Assembly: GCA_963770565.1 (NCBI GenBank)
Contig: CAVYQE010000011.1
Location: forward strand, 512,001-576,000
Source: an uncultured Actinomycetota bacterium
GTDB lineage: Bacteria > Actinomycetota > Actinomycetes > JAFAQI01
DNA length: 64,000 bases
Direction of reading: 5' to 3'
Shown here: positions 40,263-50,366 of the stretch, piece by piece
How the letters are laid out: each line of letters begins with the position of its first letter
Numbering within the stretch: position 1 is the first letter of the stretch
Made by a program: the position numbers and the translations under genes
The notes under the pieces: generated by a model
Databases searched by the model: none
What the model was told of the DNA's origin: nothing
The model's input: the letters and a program-made list of their open reading frames with translations, nothing else

Positions 40263-40853
40263 CTAGTCGACGTTCGCCGAGAGCCACGCGCCGAGGGCCA
40301 CCGCGCTTCGCTCGATCGTCTCGGCCCACGACAGTGCACCGGCGTCGGCGTTGTCGCTGACGTGCTTGACCAGTCGGCACCGCACGCCGGCTTGTCGGCA
40401 GGCCCAGGCGACCGCGAAACCCTCCATGTCGACGAGCGCTGCACGCGGCGCGAGCGCGGCCCGCTCGTGCGGGTCGGCGATGAACGAGTCACCGGTCGCG
40501 AGGACGACATCGTCGCCGCCGGGAATCTCGATCCGGTCGGTGATGTCGACGCCCAGGCTGCGGATGAGCTCGGCGGACAGGTCGTGGTTGATGACCGCAC
40601 CGGGTAGGTGCAGTCCGTCGAGACCGTCATGAAGCGCCCCCGCCGACCCGATGTTGACGACGGTGACCTGCGCATCGCGGTCGGGCCGGTCGGCCAGCGC
40701 GTGCGCGACCGCGGCAGCAGCCGCGACCTTGCCGATCCCGGTCAGCAACAGCGGTAGGCCGGCCGGCACGTAGCGTGCCTCCGCGGCGGTCGCCGCCACG
40801 ACGAGTACGTCGTCGCGCGCCTCGCCGCTGCCGGTGCCATACCCGCCGCCCAC
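40263..40853 (-). CDS. Nucleosidase (PNP/MTA-SAH nucleosidase family)
   Basis: LTGIGKVAAA, VNIGSAG, LATGDSF, VDMEGFAVA, KHVSDNAD. Confidence 0.85.
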   Translation of the reverse strand: MGGGYGTGSGEARDDVLVVAATAAEARYVPAGLPLLLTGIGKVAAAAAVAHALADRPDRDAQVTVVNIGSAGALHDGLDGLHLPGAVINHDLSAELIRSLGVDITDRIEIPGGDDVVLATGDSFIADPHERAALAPRAALVDMEGFAVAWACRQAGVRCRLVKHVSDNADAGALSWAETIERSAVALGAWLSANVD

Positions 40854-41040
40854 GAGCCGAGCCTACGAGCGCCTCTCCGGTTCGACGACCCGCAGTCGGG
40901 TGAGTAACTCGATATTCCATAGTGGATTACACAAAAATGCTCGGCACGCTGCGATCGAAGGTGCCTCGGGGGCGTCCCTCCCAGTGAACAACTTCGCGAT
41001 CGACCTGGCGAGATTGACCCGCCAGCCCGCCGGGTCGCGC

Positions 41041-41554
41041 TCAGACCACGACCGTCGAAGCGGACGGAGCATCGAGCAGTGATTTAGCCATTCAGGCCAG
41101 CACGACGCGGTACCCAAGCGAGTCGTACAAGTGTCGGGCGACTGCGTTGAATTCGAAGACGCTGAGCCCTAGTTCCGTGTACCCCGCGTCACGAGCAACA
41201 CGCTCGGCCGAGCATCGCGGCCCTGCCCAGACCACGACCGCGGTGGCTCTCATAGACCTCGATGTCCTGGACGTACGCCGCCGCTGCGCGGTCCGGATCG
41301 GCGCGAATCCAAAGGGTTCCGGCCTCAGCACCTTGCTCATCGAGGATCATCAACAGCCAGGTGCGCTCGGTGTTCACGCCGTCTGGCAAGAGCTGGTGCA
41401 GCTGCTGCTGAGCGCGTTCTCGGGTGACATCGACGGAGTTGCCGGTGGCGCGGGCGAGGTCGTCGGCGTACGACGTGACTGCCCTCACAGACCAGATCTC
41501 GAACTCCTCGCCGGTCATCGGCCGGACCATCGCAGGTTGCGCCGCGCCCGTCAC
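41041..41554 (-). pseudogene. GNAT acetyltransferase with frameshift (~41208) and premature TGA (41092-41094)
   Basis: ..DIEVYESHRGRGLGRAAML, then in another frame AERVARDAGYTELGLSVFEFNAVARHLYDSLGY..*MAKSL. Confidence 0.75.
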
Positions 41555-41765
41555 GCCGGCTCCCAGTGCGCCAGCCATCGTGGCCCGATGACCGGAAGCC
41601 CCTGCTCGAATCTCCGTGCGCGCCCCGCATCGCCACGCGTCAACACCTGCTCATCATGACCATGATCGAGCGGGTTGGACAGGACCATGTTTCCCGTAGA
41701 GCGCATGTCGAGGCCTGCCAGTGTGGGCGGCGCCGGCTCCACCTGGTGACTGAAGGGCTTCTCGC

Positions 41766-42074
41766 TCAGTTGGTCGGGCGGTCGACGGCGTACCCGGGTC
41801 GAGTGCCTTCACCCGGTTGCTCCGCCGACGACCGCTCCCACCCGGCAAGCCGTACGAGGCCCGAGCTCTGTTGCGGGTCATCGATGCACACCCACGCGAC
41901 GTAAGTGCGGCCCGTTCGTCTGGCCTCGTCGTCCGCCCAGGTCAGCACCTCGGGAATGTCGGCCTCGGTGATCTCGTACTCGTCGGATCTCCCGCGCTCC
42001 CAGAAGTAAACGCGGTAGGTGGCCGAGTGTTGCTCCCAGCTCGTGTCCCGCGGATCGACGCCTGCAATGTTCAT
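41766..42074 (-). CDS. Hypothetical protein
   Basis: VDPRDTSWE..YRVYFW..ADIPEVLTWA..GLVRLAG; reads like a globular protein. Confidence 0.6.
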   Translation of the reverse strand: MNIAGVDPRDTSWEQHSATYRVYFWERGRSDEYEITEADIPEVLTWADDEARRTGRTYVAWVCIDDPQQSSGLVRLAGWERSSAEQPGEGTRPGYAVDRPTN

Positions 42075-42162
42075 CGCGGAAGTATCGCGCCAGCCCAGTC
42101 GCACGGACCCGGAGGACCAATGACTCTGGTCGCGCAACAGGGGCGACCGCACAATTCGTGAC

Positions 42163-42450
42163 ATGGACGAACCGCCGGAGCTGCAGTTCAACCGGCACTG
42201 GAGGATGGCCGTCTGGGGCCTCCGAGTGGGGTACGTCGGGCTGGCCGTCGCCCTCGTCGGCCTCATCGTGAGGTCGTCGGGATCCACGCCGTGGGTCCTG
42301 GCCGTCGGGGTGATTATCTGGCTTGCCGCCGCCATCGTCACGTTGGTCGGGTTCCTCCGCGGCCGGCATGAGCTTCCCGAACCGCGACCGGGGTTCTGGC
42401 CGATGAGGTTCATGCTCATCCGCGACACCGTCCACGCCCGCCGCCGGTAG
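42163..42450 (+). CDS. Small two-TM membrane protein
   Basis: Two hydrophobic helices. Confidence 0.55.
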   Translation: MDEPPELQFNRHWRMAVWGLRVGYVGLAVALVGLIVRSSGSTPWVLAVGVIIWLAAAIVTLVGFLRGRHELPEPRPGFWPMRFMLIRDTVHARRR

Positions 42451-42717
42451 CGGCCGCATCGGCCCCCGGTCCTGTTGATCGCGCTGGCGGCCCTGCCGCC
42501 GCTGTGGGTACCCGCGACCATCCGCGGCCGCATGCTTCCGCGCAGCGTGCTCCGATCCGCCGCGAGCCACAACGACCCGAGCGCTGACCCGAGGACCGCA
42601 CCAATCCTTCCTCGTACCGACTGGGTGCACCTTGGTGTCGTCCTGATCGAAATCGCAATCCTCGGGTGGCTCCTGCGCGGCGGAACGGCGTAGGGACCCA
42701 GCCAGCGAACCTGGACG

Positions 42718-43086
42718 TCAGTCCGGCATGGGTATCTCCCGCTCGGCCGCCGGGATTGCGAGCGCGTCCTCGGGCACGAGGACAACGTCGTACACGCGGC
42801 CCGGCATACCCGCGTCGGCGCCAGCAGCCAGAGCCGTGTCGACGGCCAGCTGCGCCGCGCTTCCGTAATCCATGCCCCGCACCATGAAGGTGAGCCCGAT
42901 GACCGGCGAGCCTTCATGCCCGCGACCCTGGTCGACCCCGACCAGGTCGCGATCGCCACCATTGCCGAACGGCAACTGACGGATCACCGCATCAGCGAGC
43001 AGGCCGACCGAATGGCCATCGGCATCGGGTGCGACGAGATCCACCCGAACGCTGAAGAGCTCCGGACCGTCACCGACCCACCTCAT
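42718..43086 (-). CDS. Hypothetical protein
   Basis: 122-aa ORF with plausible composition. Confidence 0.5.
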   Translation of the reverse strand: MRWVGDGPELFSVRVDLVAPDADGHSVGLLADAVIRQLPFGNGGDRDLVGVDQGRGHEGSPVIGLTFMVRGMDYGSAAQLAVDTALAAGADAGMPGRVYDVVLVPEDALAIPAAEREIPMPD

Positions 43087-43186
43087 GACGAGCAGCCTCG
43101 CACTCGCCGGGCGCCGGGGTTCGAATCCGGACCACAGCGGTCGCTCGTGTCAGACTGAGCTCCGACCTGACAAGGCGAGGTATCCC

Positions 43187-43315
43187 ATGACCGCACCACC
43201 GCTGCCGCCCGACATCCCCGACAACCCCGATGACCCGGATCCCACGCTGGACCAGCCAGAGCGGACCCGCGAAGAGATCGGTGACGACGAGTCGGAGCCC
43301 AACGAGGCCGACTGA
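43187..43315 (+). CDS. Small acidic Pro/Asp-rich peptide
   Basis: GAGGT RBS; MTAPPLPPDIPDNPDDPDP.. Confidence 0.35.
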   Translation: MTAPPLPPDIPDNPDDPDPTLDQPERTREEIGDDESEPNEAD

Positions 43316-43366
43316 CCGAACGAACCGGCCGCGGGTAGCGGACAAGTTGATCCGGCGAGTGTCGGC

Positions 43367-43876
43367 CTACTCCGCTTCGACCGTTCGGGCCAGGATTCCC
43401 AAGGTCGCGCGCAAGGCCGACTCCGGGATGACCGGGAAGATTCCCGCGTCGCGATACTGCGGCTCGATCTCGCTCCAGTCGTAGTAGGACATGACGACGG
43501 TGCCCTTCTCGCTGGGCTCGAGGCGGTATCCGTACAGGTGCCTGATCGGCGGCTGAATCACGCCGGAGACCGTCCATTCGATCAGCTCGTTGCGCTGGAA
43601 CTTCGTGATGATCACCGTGACGTCGTACTTGCCGAGCGGGTAGTCGTTAAGGGCTTCACGATCCATGTGCACGATGAACGTGTCGCCCACGCGTTGCACG
43701 CTCTCACCATCGGCAGACTGCAGCATCCCGGAGCTGTCGATCGCAACGTGACCGCGCGGGTCGCGCAAGAGGTCGAACACGACCGCCGGATGCGCGCCGA
43801 TGTCGCGCAGGATCTCGAATCGCTCGGCGGTCGCGCCGCCGCCATCCCGATCTTGTGCGCTCGACGTCTGCACCAT
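43367..43876 (-). CDS. SRPBCC / polyketide cyclase family protein
   Basis: VFDLLRDPRGHVAIDSSGML, GDTFIVHM, YGYRLEP, YYDWS. Confidence 0.8.
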   Translation of the reverse strand: MVQTSSAQDRDGGGATAERFEILRDIGAHPAVVFDLLRDPRGHVAIDSSGMLQSADGESVQRVGDTFIVHMDREALNDYPLGKYDVTVIITKFQRNELIEWTVSGVIQPPIRHLYGYRLEPSEKGTVVMSYYDWSEIEPQYRDAGIFPVIPESALRATLGILARTVEAE

Positions 43877-43910
43877 CAGTCGATCATGCCCCACAAAGCC
43901 CGGTTGAGGG

Positions 43911-44813
43911 CTAGAACAGTGGGTCGAAGCGTTCGGTCGCGACGACCTGAGGCGACGAGGCGGCCCGCAGATGCAGGACCGTCATGCCGCCCTTGCGCAC
44001 GGTGGGATCGCTCGGCGGCGTCGCACCCAGCGCCGTGCAGGCGGCGCTCAGCAAGGCCGGCAACGTCTTGCCCTGACTACATACCACCGACGGCGCGCCG
44101 CTTCCGATGATCTCGAGCAGCCGCTCCAATGCGCGGTCGGGTTGTTCGGCGTACCCGGCCTCCGACAGCAGCGGCTCGCTTTCGACCGGAAGGTGCGCGC
44201 GGGTTGCGTACGGTCCGATCGTCTCCATGCAACGCAGCACGTCGGCGGACAGCACGATCCGGATCCCGTACGCCGAAAGCAGGGGCACGAGTGCCTCGGC
44301 CTGCTCGTCGCCGAGATCGTCCAGCGGGCGTTCGCGATCGTCGCCCTGCCAGGCCGAACGATCACCGGCGCTGCCATGGCGGACCAGTAGGCACGGCCAG
44401 GTCGTGACGGCGTCGACGTCGACACCGGTGAGGATCCGCTGGTCGCGATCCGGCAGCAGGTGCCGCATCGCCTCACGCGGCGGCAGCCACATGATCTGGT
44501 CGACCTCGGCGTTGGCGGCGAACTCGCCGGCCGCGACCCGCATCGCCCAGTAGCGCACCCGCTTCGGAGTGCCATCCTTCACGTAGCGAATCTCGCCGAG
44601 CGGTCGCCCTGGCACACCGGTGTAGCCGGTCTCCTCCCACACCTCGCGGACGCCGCCGACCACTGGGTGCTCGCCGATGTCGAGCTTGCCCTTGGGGATC
44701 GACCAGTCGTCATACTTGGGGCGGTGGACCAGTGCGATCTCGATCCCCGAACCACCGGTCGCGTGCCGCCACAACACTCCACCGGCGGCTTCGATGACCT
44801 TTTCTGGCGCCAT
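43911..44813 (-). CDS. mutT1: NUDIX hydrolase + histidine phosphatase domain (MutT1-like)
   Basis: AAGGVLWR, HRPKYDDWSIPKGK, REVWEETG, LVRHGSAG; TGATG coupling to the upstream gene. Confidence 0.85.
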   Translation of the reverse strand: MAPEKVIEAAGGVLWRHATGGSGIEIALVHRPKYDDWSIPKGKLDIGEHPVVGGVREVWEETGYTGVPGRPLGEIRYVKDGTPKRVRYWAMRVAAGEFAANAEVDQIMWLPPREAMRHLLPDRDQRILTGVDVDAVTTWPCLLVRHGSAGDRSAWQGDDRERPLDDLGDEQAEALVPLLSAYGIRIVLSADVLRCMETIGPYATRAHLPVESEPLLSEAGYAEQPDRALERLLEIIGSGAPSVVCSQGKTLPALLSAACTALGATPPSDPTVRKGGMTVLHLRAASSPQVVATERFDPLF

Positions 44814-46369
44814 CAGGGCGTCAACCATCTCCGGAGTCTCGGTCGCGAGGCGTCCGCCCACACGCGTCCGAATTCGGCGCGCGCGGCGAGCGCTGCTGCG
44901 GTTTGGCGGGCATGGAGCACTCCGAGCGTAAACGCCGTCGTACCGGCCCCCTTCGCGGTGGCCATGGAATAGAGCAGATCCGCGGCGATGACCGCGTCCT
45001 GGTGCTCGCCGAGCGCCTCCTGGACCCGCTCGGCCTGCTGAGCCAGCGCCCGGGCCGGTTTGCCGAACATCGGCTCGACCGCCTCGCAGGCGTAGCGCAG
45101 CTGCTTCGCGTCGATGCGCACCCGGTGCCAGTCGTGCTCGGTGGCGTCGGGACGCGACAGCCGCCGGGCCTCCTTCGCCATCCGGGTCCAGGCCGCGCCG
45201 ACCAGCGCGGGGAGCACCTCCTCGACCGTTGCGTCAGCGGCCGGCGCGGTCATCGGCTCCCAGGCCGCGTCCACCAACCGCTCGAGCAGTACGACGTACC
45301 GCTCGGAGCGAAGGGTTTCCAGTGCCTGGCTGCCGCCGGCGGCCAGATCGCCGCCGACCACGTGCTCGATCCGGGCCCGAACCGGGCCGAACACGAGCTG
45401 CGGGGGAAGTCGGTCAAGGTCGCTGAGCAGGCGTTCGAGCAGGACCTCGTTGTCCCGGGCGCCGGCGAGTGAGTCGCCGAGCCACTTCAGCTCGGCCCGC
45501 AGCGAGGTTGCCCACTCCGGATCGAGCAGCGGCCCGAAGGTCTTCAACCCGCTGCGCAGCCGCCGCGAGTTGACCCGCATCTGGTGGACCGCATCCGGGA
45601 TGTCACGGCGGACCGCGACGTCGTGAATGATCAGCGCCCGGACATAGCGGCGCAACATGTCCCGAATGCCGCAGCGGGCCGGCTCACCGAGCCCGACCGG
45701 CCCGGGCAGCGGCGGGTCCGGGTCGGCCGTCGCCTGCGGGCCGAGCGCCCGGACCACCTTCGGGAGGAACTCGCCGCCGACCGCCCCGCCGGCGCGCAGC
45801 ACGTTGCCGACCGCCTCGATCGCCTCGACCCCGCCGCCGCAGTCCTCGACCTCGATCTCGCGGAACCGGCCGGCGACGTGCCCGGAGCTGAGGACCGACA
45901 CCAGATCGTCGGTCAGCTCCACCAACGCGTTGCCGCGCTCGTCGCGCAGGAGGTAGACCGTCCGCTGCGTCACCAGGGTCGCCACCGGTCCGAGTACGGC
46001 GGTGCGGGTCCATGGGGTGATCAGGTTGCGCAGGCTGTCGGGGATCGTGTCGCTGATGCCGGTTGCGTGCAGCTCGTCGCGGGTGCCGATGCTGCCGTCG
46101 GGCACTCGTCCTTCGCCGACCGGCAGTTTCAGATGCCAGCCGTCCTTGCCCGGCCCTTCGCCGAAGCGGTGCCGCAGCGTCACGCCCTCGCGGGCCAGCC
46201 GGAGGTCGCTGGTGTCCCAGTAGACCGCGCGCAACTGCTGTTCCTGCGCGGCGTCGACGGTGGCCGCGCCGCTTCGTTCACCGGTCAGGTCGGGCAGCTC
46301 GAACGGCGGGTGGACCCGAAACTTCGCCTCGACTTCTCGGATGGTCGAGGTCGCGGGCTTGGCGCTCAC
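44813..46369 (-). CDS. CYTH + CHAD domain protein
   Basis: [23 protein letters not shown]; [41 protein letters not shown]. Confidence 0.9.
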   Translation of the reverse strand: MSAKPATSTIREVEAKFRVHPPFELPDLTGERSGAATVDAAQEQQLRAVYWDTSDLRLAREGVTLRHRFGEGPGKDGWHLKLPVGEGRVPDGSIGTRDELHATGISDTIPDSLRNLITPWTRTAVLGPVATLVTQRTVYLLRDERGNALVELTDDLVSVLSSGHVAGRFREIEVEDCGGGVEAIEAVGNVLRAGGAVGGEFLPKVVRALGPQATADPDPPLPGPVGLGEPARCGIRDMLRRYVRALIIHDVAVRRDIPDAVHQMRVNSRRLRSGLKTFGPLLDPEWATSLRAELKWLGDSLAGARDNEVLLERLLSDLDRLPPQLVFGPVRARIEHVVGGDLAAGGSQALETLRSERYVVLLERLVDAAWEPMTAPAADATVEEVLPALVGAAWTRMAKEARRLSRPDATEHDWHRVRIDAKQLRYACEAVEPMFGKPARALAQQAERVQEALGEHQDAVIAADLLYSMATAKGAGTTAFTLGVLHARQTAAALAARAEFGRVWADASRPRLRRWLTP

Positions 46370-48555
46370 GGATGCGGCTCCGCCCGGGCCTCGGCCGCGC
46401 GGGCGGCAGTTGCTTTGAGCAGGGTGAGCTGGTAGTCGCGCAGCGGTTCGCCGTCTTCGTTCTTGGTCTGGCGCCGCCACGATCCGTCCCGGCGCAACTC
46501 CCAGGCCGAGGTGCCAGGGTCGGTGACGAGGCCGAGCAGGCGCTGGAGGCCGGCGCGGGCGTCCGGGTCGCGGACCTCGACCAGCGCCTCGACCCGGCGA
46601 TCGAGGTTGCGGTGCATCGCATCCGCGCTTCCGATGTACAGCTCCTCCGCCCCGTCGTCGCAGAACCGGAAGATCCGGGAGTGCTCGAGGAACCGGCCGA
46701 GGATGCTGCGGACCCGGATGTTGCTCGACAAGCCGGGCACGCCGGGGCGAAGGCAGCACATGCCGCGAATGACGAGGTCGATCGGCACACCGGCGGCGGA
46801 CGCGTCGTACAGCGCGTCGATGATGAGCTCGTCGACGATGCTGTTGAGCTTCCAGGTGATGCCGGACGGCCGCCCGGCGCGGGCGTTGTCGGCCTCGCGA
46901 GTGATCTTGGCGACCAGGCTGCTGCGCAGCGTCTCGGGGGCGACCAGCAGGGTGCGGTAGTCGCGATGCTTGGTGTAGCCGGAGAGGTGGTTGAACAGGT
47001 CGGCCATGTCGGCGGTGACGGCTGGATCGACGGTGAGCAGGCCGAGGTCCTCATAGAGTCGGGCGGTCTTCGGGTTGTAGTTGCCGGTCCCGATGTGGGC
47101 GTAGCGGCGCAGGCTGCCGTCCGGCTCCTGCCTGACGACGAGGGCCAGCTTGCAGTGCGTCTTCAAGCCGACGACGCCATAGACGACGTGACATCCGGCG
47201 TGCTCGAGTGCGCGGGCCCACTTGATGTTGGCCTGCTCGTCGAAGCGGGCGGTGATCTCGACCACAACGAGCACCTGCTTGCCCGCCTCGGCCGCGTCGA
47301 CCAGGGCGTCGACCAACGGTGAGTCGCCACTGGTCCGGTAGAGCGTCTGCTTGATCGCGAGTACGTCGGGATCGGCCGCGGCTTGCTCGACGAAGGCCTG
47401 GACGCTGGTGGCGAACGAGTCGTACGGATGGTGCAGCAGTACGTCGCGCCGCCGCATCGCTGCGAAGACGTCGACCGCGCTCGACGTCTCCCCGCTGCCT
47501 CGCAGCTGCGGGTGGGTGACCGGGGGAGTGGCGTCGTACTTCAGGGCCGGCAGGTCGAGGTCCACGATCGCCCAGAGCCCGGCCAGGTCGAGCATGCCCT
47601 TGATCCGGTAGAGCTGCGGCTCGCTGATGTCGAGCTCGCGCACCAGCAGGTCGAGCACCCGGTCGCCGATGTCGGCTTCGACCTCGAGTCGTACGGCGGG
47701 GCCGAACCGGCGGCGGACCAGCTCGCGCTCGAGCGCCTGCAGCAGGTTGTCGACGTCGTCCTCGTCGACGGTGAGGTCCTCGTTGCGGGTCACCCGGAAC
47801 AGCGACGCCTCGATCACGTCCATGCCGGGGAACAACGCCGGCAGGTGGGCCGCGATCACTTGCTCGATCAAGACGAAACGGCGGGCGCCGACGCTGATGA
47901 AGCGCGGCAGCAGCGGCGGCACCTTCACCCGGGCGAAGTGCTCGCGGCCGTTCTCGCGGTCGCGCACCACGATCGCCAGGTTGAGGGAAAGGCCGGAGAT
48001 GTAGGGGAACGGATGCGCCGGGTCGACGGCGAGCGGCGTGAGCACCGGAAACACGTGCTCGTCGAACAACGCATCGGCGGTCTTGCGCTCGTCGTCAGCC
48101 AGCGCGTCGTACATGACGACTTCGATGCCCACCTCTTTGAGCGCGGGCAGGATCTGGCCGCGGAACAGCTCGCCGTGGCGGGTCGCGAGCTCGTGCGCCC
48201 GGGTGCTGATCAGCTCGATCTGCTCACGGGCGGACAGGCCGGCCGGCGAGGCCACCCCGAGCCCGGTGGCGATCCGGCGCTGCAGGCCGGCGACGCGCAC
48301 CATGAAGAACTCGTCGAGGTTGTCGGCGAAGATCGCCGCGAACCGGGCCCGTTCGAGCAACGGCACCGAGGCATCCTCGGCCAGCTCGAGCACCCGGGTG
48401 TTGAAGTCGAGCCAGCTGCCCTCGCGGTCGAGGAACCGATCCGGGTCGGATGGGCGGTCGCCGGGTTCGGCATCCTGGCTGAGATCCTCGATTTCCTCCG
48501 CGAGCTCCTCCGCGTAGCGCGGCAGGTCCCTGGAGCTCGGGGTGGTCGTGCTCAC
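46366..48555 (-). CDS. ppk1: Polyphosphate kinase 1
   Basis: [78 protein letters not shown]; start GTG 48555 or ATG 48588. Confidence 0.97.
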   Translation of the reverse strand: MSTTTPSSRDLPRYAEELAEEIEDLSQDAEPGDRPSDPDRFLDREGSWLDFNTRVLELAEDASVPLLERARFAAIFADNLDEFFMVRVAGLQRRIATGLGVASPAGLSAREQIELISTRAHELATRHGELFRGQILPALKEVGIEVVMYDALADDERKTADALFDEHVFPVLTPLAVDPAHPFPYISGLSLNLAIVVRDRENGREHFARVKVPPLLPRFISVGARRFVLIEQVIAAHLPALFPGMDVIEASLFRVTRNEDLTVDEDDVDNLLQALERELVRRRFGPAVRLEVEADIGDRVLDLLVRELDISEPQLYRIKGMLDLAGLWAIVDLDLPALKYDATPPVTHPQLRGSGETSSAVDVFAAMRRRDVLLHHPYDSFATSVQAFVEQAAADPDVLAIKQTLYRTSGDSPLVDALVDAAEAGKQVLVVVEITARFDEQANIKWARALEHAGCHVVYGVVGLKTHCKLALVVRQEPDGSLRRYAHIGTGNYNPKTARLYEDLGLLTVDPAVTADMADLFNHLSGYTKHRDYRTLLVAPETLRSSLVAKITREADNARAGRPSGITWKLNSIVDELIIDALYDASAAGVPIDLVIRGMCCLRPGVPGLSSNIRVRSILGRFLEHSRIFRFCDDGAEELYIGSADAMHRNLDRRVEALVEVRDPDARAGLQRLLGLVTDPGTSAWELRRDGSWRRQTKNEDGEPLRDYQLTLLKATAARAAEARAEPHP

Positions 48556-48594
48556 CGCCTTACTCTCGTCGCTGTAGTCGGGCGGCATCCGAGG

Positions 48595-48627
48595 CCAAGG
48601 TGAACGCCTGATGAACGGGAGTTGAAC
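48595..48627 (-). promoter_or_regulatory. PHO box (three 11-bp direct repeat units)
   Basis: Minus strand GTTCAACTCCC-GTTCATCAGGC-GTTCACCTTGG upstream of ppk1. Confidence 0.75.
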
Positions 48628-48720
48628 AGTCGCCGAAAATGATCATCGTCAAGCGTGGACAACCCTGTGGATAATCCACCCGGGGTTGCGTCTGCCTGTT
48701 GACGGCGCGAACGTTTCGCC

Positions 48721-48927
48721 ATGGCGCCGACACTCTCACTTGCCGATCAGGTCGACAAGGTGACGCAGCGGCTGACCGCGGAGTTCTCGGGCAGGGTGCC
48801 CGATCCCGAGGTACGCCGGATCGTGACCGAGGTCTACGGCGAGATGTCCTCAGCGCGGGTCACCCAGTTCGTCCCCGTGCTGCTGGACCGTGGCGTCCGC
48901 GATCGGCTGCGGTCCCGAGCCGGCTGA
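48721..48927 (+). CDS. Three-helix-bundle (DUF3562-like) protein
   Basis: VTQRLTAEF..VRRIVTE..ARVTQFVPVLLDRGVRDRL. Confidence 0.75.
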   Translation: MAPTLSLADQVDKVTQRLTAEFSGRVPDPEVRRIVTEVYGEMSSARVTQFVPVLLDRGVRDRLRSRAG

Positions 48928-49018
48928 GCCGCCGCCCGGATCGCGGGCGCTGATGGGCGACCACCTGCGGTGGCCGCAGCGAAACCTCGCGTTCATAAAC
49001 CCATGCAACCGTGGAGGC

Positions 49019-49462
49019 ATGGAAGGAACACGCAGTCATGAGGCACCGTCGGGTCGACGGATCGCCTTGATCGCCCACGACAACAAGAAGCAGGACATGC
49101 GGGAATGGGCACGATTCAACCTGCACCGCCTGCACGAGCACGAGCTGTTTGCCACCGCGACCACCGGCCGGATCCTGATCGACGAGCTCGGCCTACCGGT
49201 GACCTGTTTCCGTAGCGGCCCGTACGGCGGCGACCAGCAGATCGGCGCCCGGATCGCCGAGGGCGAGATCGACCTGCTGGTTTTCTTCTGGGACCCGCTG
49301 GAGCCGCATCCGCACGACCCGGACGTGAAGGCCCTGCTCCGGATCGCCGTCGTCTGCAATATCCCGGTGGCGTGCAACCGCGCGACCGCCGACTTCATGA
49401 TCTCCTCGCCGCTGATGCATCAGCCGCACCTCGGGATCGTGCCCGATCTCCTGACCGCCTGA
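49019..49462 (+). CDS. mgsA: Methylglyoxal synthase
   Basis: IALIAHDNKK, ATATTG, SGPYGGDQQIGA, FFWDPLEPHPHDPDVKALLR, ACNRATADF. Confidence 0.95.
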   Translation: MEGTRSHEAPSGRRIALIAHDNKKQDMREWARFNLHRLHEHELFATATTGRILIDELGLPVTCFRSGPYGGDQQIGARIAEGEIDLLVFFWDPLEPHPHDPDVKALLRIAVVCNIPVACNRATADFMISSPLMHQPHLGIVPDLLTA

Positions 49463-49687
49463 CCGGCTGGACCGCCGACTACACGGCCGAGGGCAAAGCC
49501 GGGTCTGGTCTCACTGTGAACAGTTAGTACTGGACTACTCAGTACGGTTCACACCGCGCCTAACGGGCTTGGGCTATTTCGTCATCCTCCGGAGGTCGTT
49601 TCGAGCCTGATGCCGGCGTGGCGCCGGACGCCGCTGCGCCGGACGACTGGCTCAAGCCGTTGCCGCCCAGTGGGAGCACACTCCGGG

Positions 49688-50347
49688 TCAGGACTCCAGA
49701 TAGCGGAGGACGGCGAGCACCCGTCGGTGGTCGGCGTCTGAGGGTGCCAAACCGAGTTTGGCGAAGACGTTGGCGACGTGCTTCTCGACTCCCCGTTCCG
49801 AGATCACAAGGGTGCCGGCGATGGAGCCGTTCGACTTGCCTTCGGCCATCAGGGAAAGGACGTCGCGCTCTCTGGGGGTGAGAGCGTCGAGGCCATCGGT
49901 GCGCCGGGCGGCCTCTCGGAACAGTTGCGTGACGACCTCGGGGTCGAGGGCGGTGCCGCCGGCCGCCACCCGGCTCAGCGCGTCGACGAACTCCCCAACA
50001 TCGCCGACGCGGTCCTTGAGCAGGTATCCGATGCCGGCGGCACCGCGGCTGGATGCCGCTTCAAGGAGCTCGGCGACGTGGCGGGTCTCGATGTACTGAG
50101 AGAAGACCAGCACTCCGGTGCCGGGGTGGTCACGGCGGATGGCGATCGCGGCCCGGATGCCCTCGTCGGTGTAGTCGGGCGGCATTCGCACGTCTACGAC
50201 GGCAGCATCCGGCTCGTGCTCGTCCACGGCCGCTCGCAGCGCCTCGGCATCGCCTACCGCGGCCACCGTCTCGTGTCCCCGGTCGGCGAGGATCTCAACC
50301 AGCCCGGCCCGGATGACTGCGGAGTCTTCGGCGATAACGATCCGCAT
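49688..50347 (-). CDS. NarL/LuxR family response regulator
   Basis: MRIVIAEDS, DVRMPP, GYLLKDRV, LTPRERDVL, HRRVLAVL. Confidence 0.93.
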   Translation of the reverse strand: MRIVIAEDSAVIRAGLVEILADRGHETVAAVGDAEALRAAVDEHEPDAAVVDVRMPPDYTDEGIRAAIAIRRDHPGTGVLVFSQYIETRHVAELLEAASSRGAAGIGYLLKDRVGDVGEFVDALSRVAAGGTALDPEVVTQLFREAARRTDGLDALTPRERDVLSLMAEGKSNGSIAGTLVISERGVEKHVANVFAKLGLAPSDADHRRVLAVLRYLES

Positions 50348-50366
50348 TCGAGCTGCTCCTATCGGG

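Noticed and set aside
43110-43135. GGGTTCGAATCC, resembling a tRNA T-loop
   Set aside because: No proper 5-bp T stem, acceptor stem, anticodon arm or CCA around it.
48666-48679. Perfect DnaA box (TGTGGATAA) within the palindrome GTGGAT-A-ATCCAC
   Set aside because: Single box with no cluster or dnaA/dnaN context; may be chance or another operator.
49488-49510. GGGCAAAGCCGGGTCT, resembling part of a c-di-GMP-I riboswitch
   Set aside because: The GGCAAAC..GAAA P2 arm is missing and no downstream gene lies in the sense orientation.
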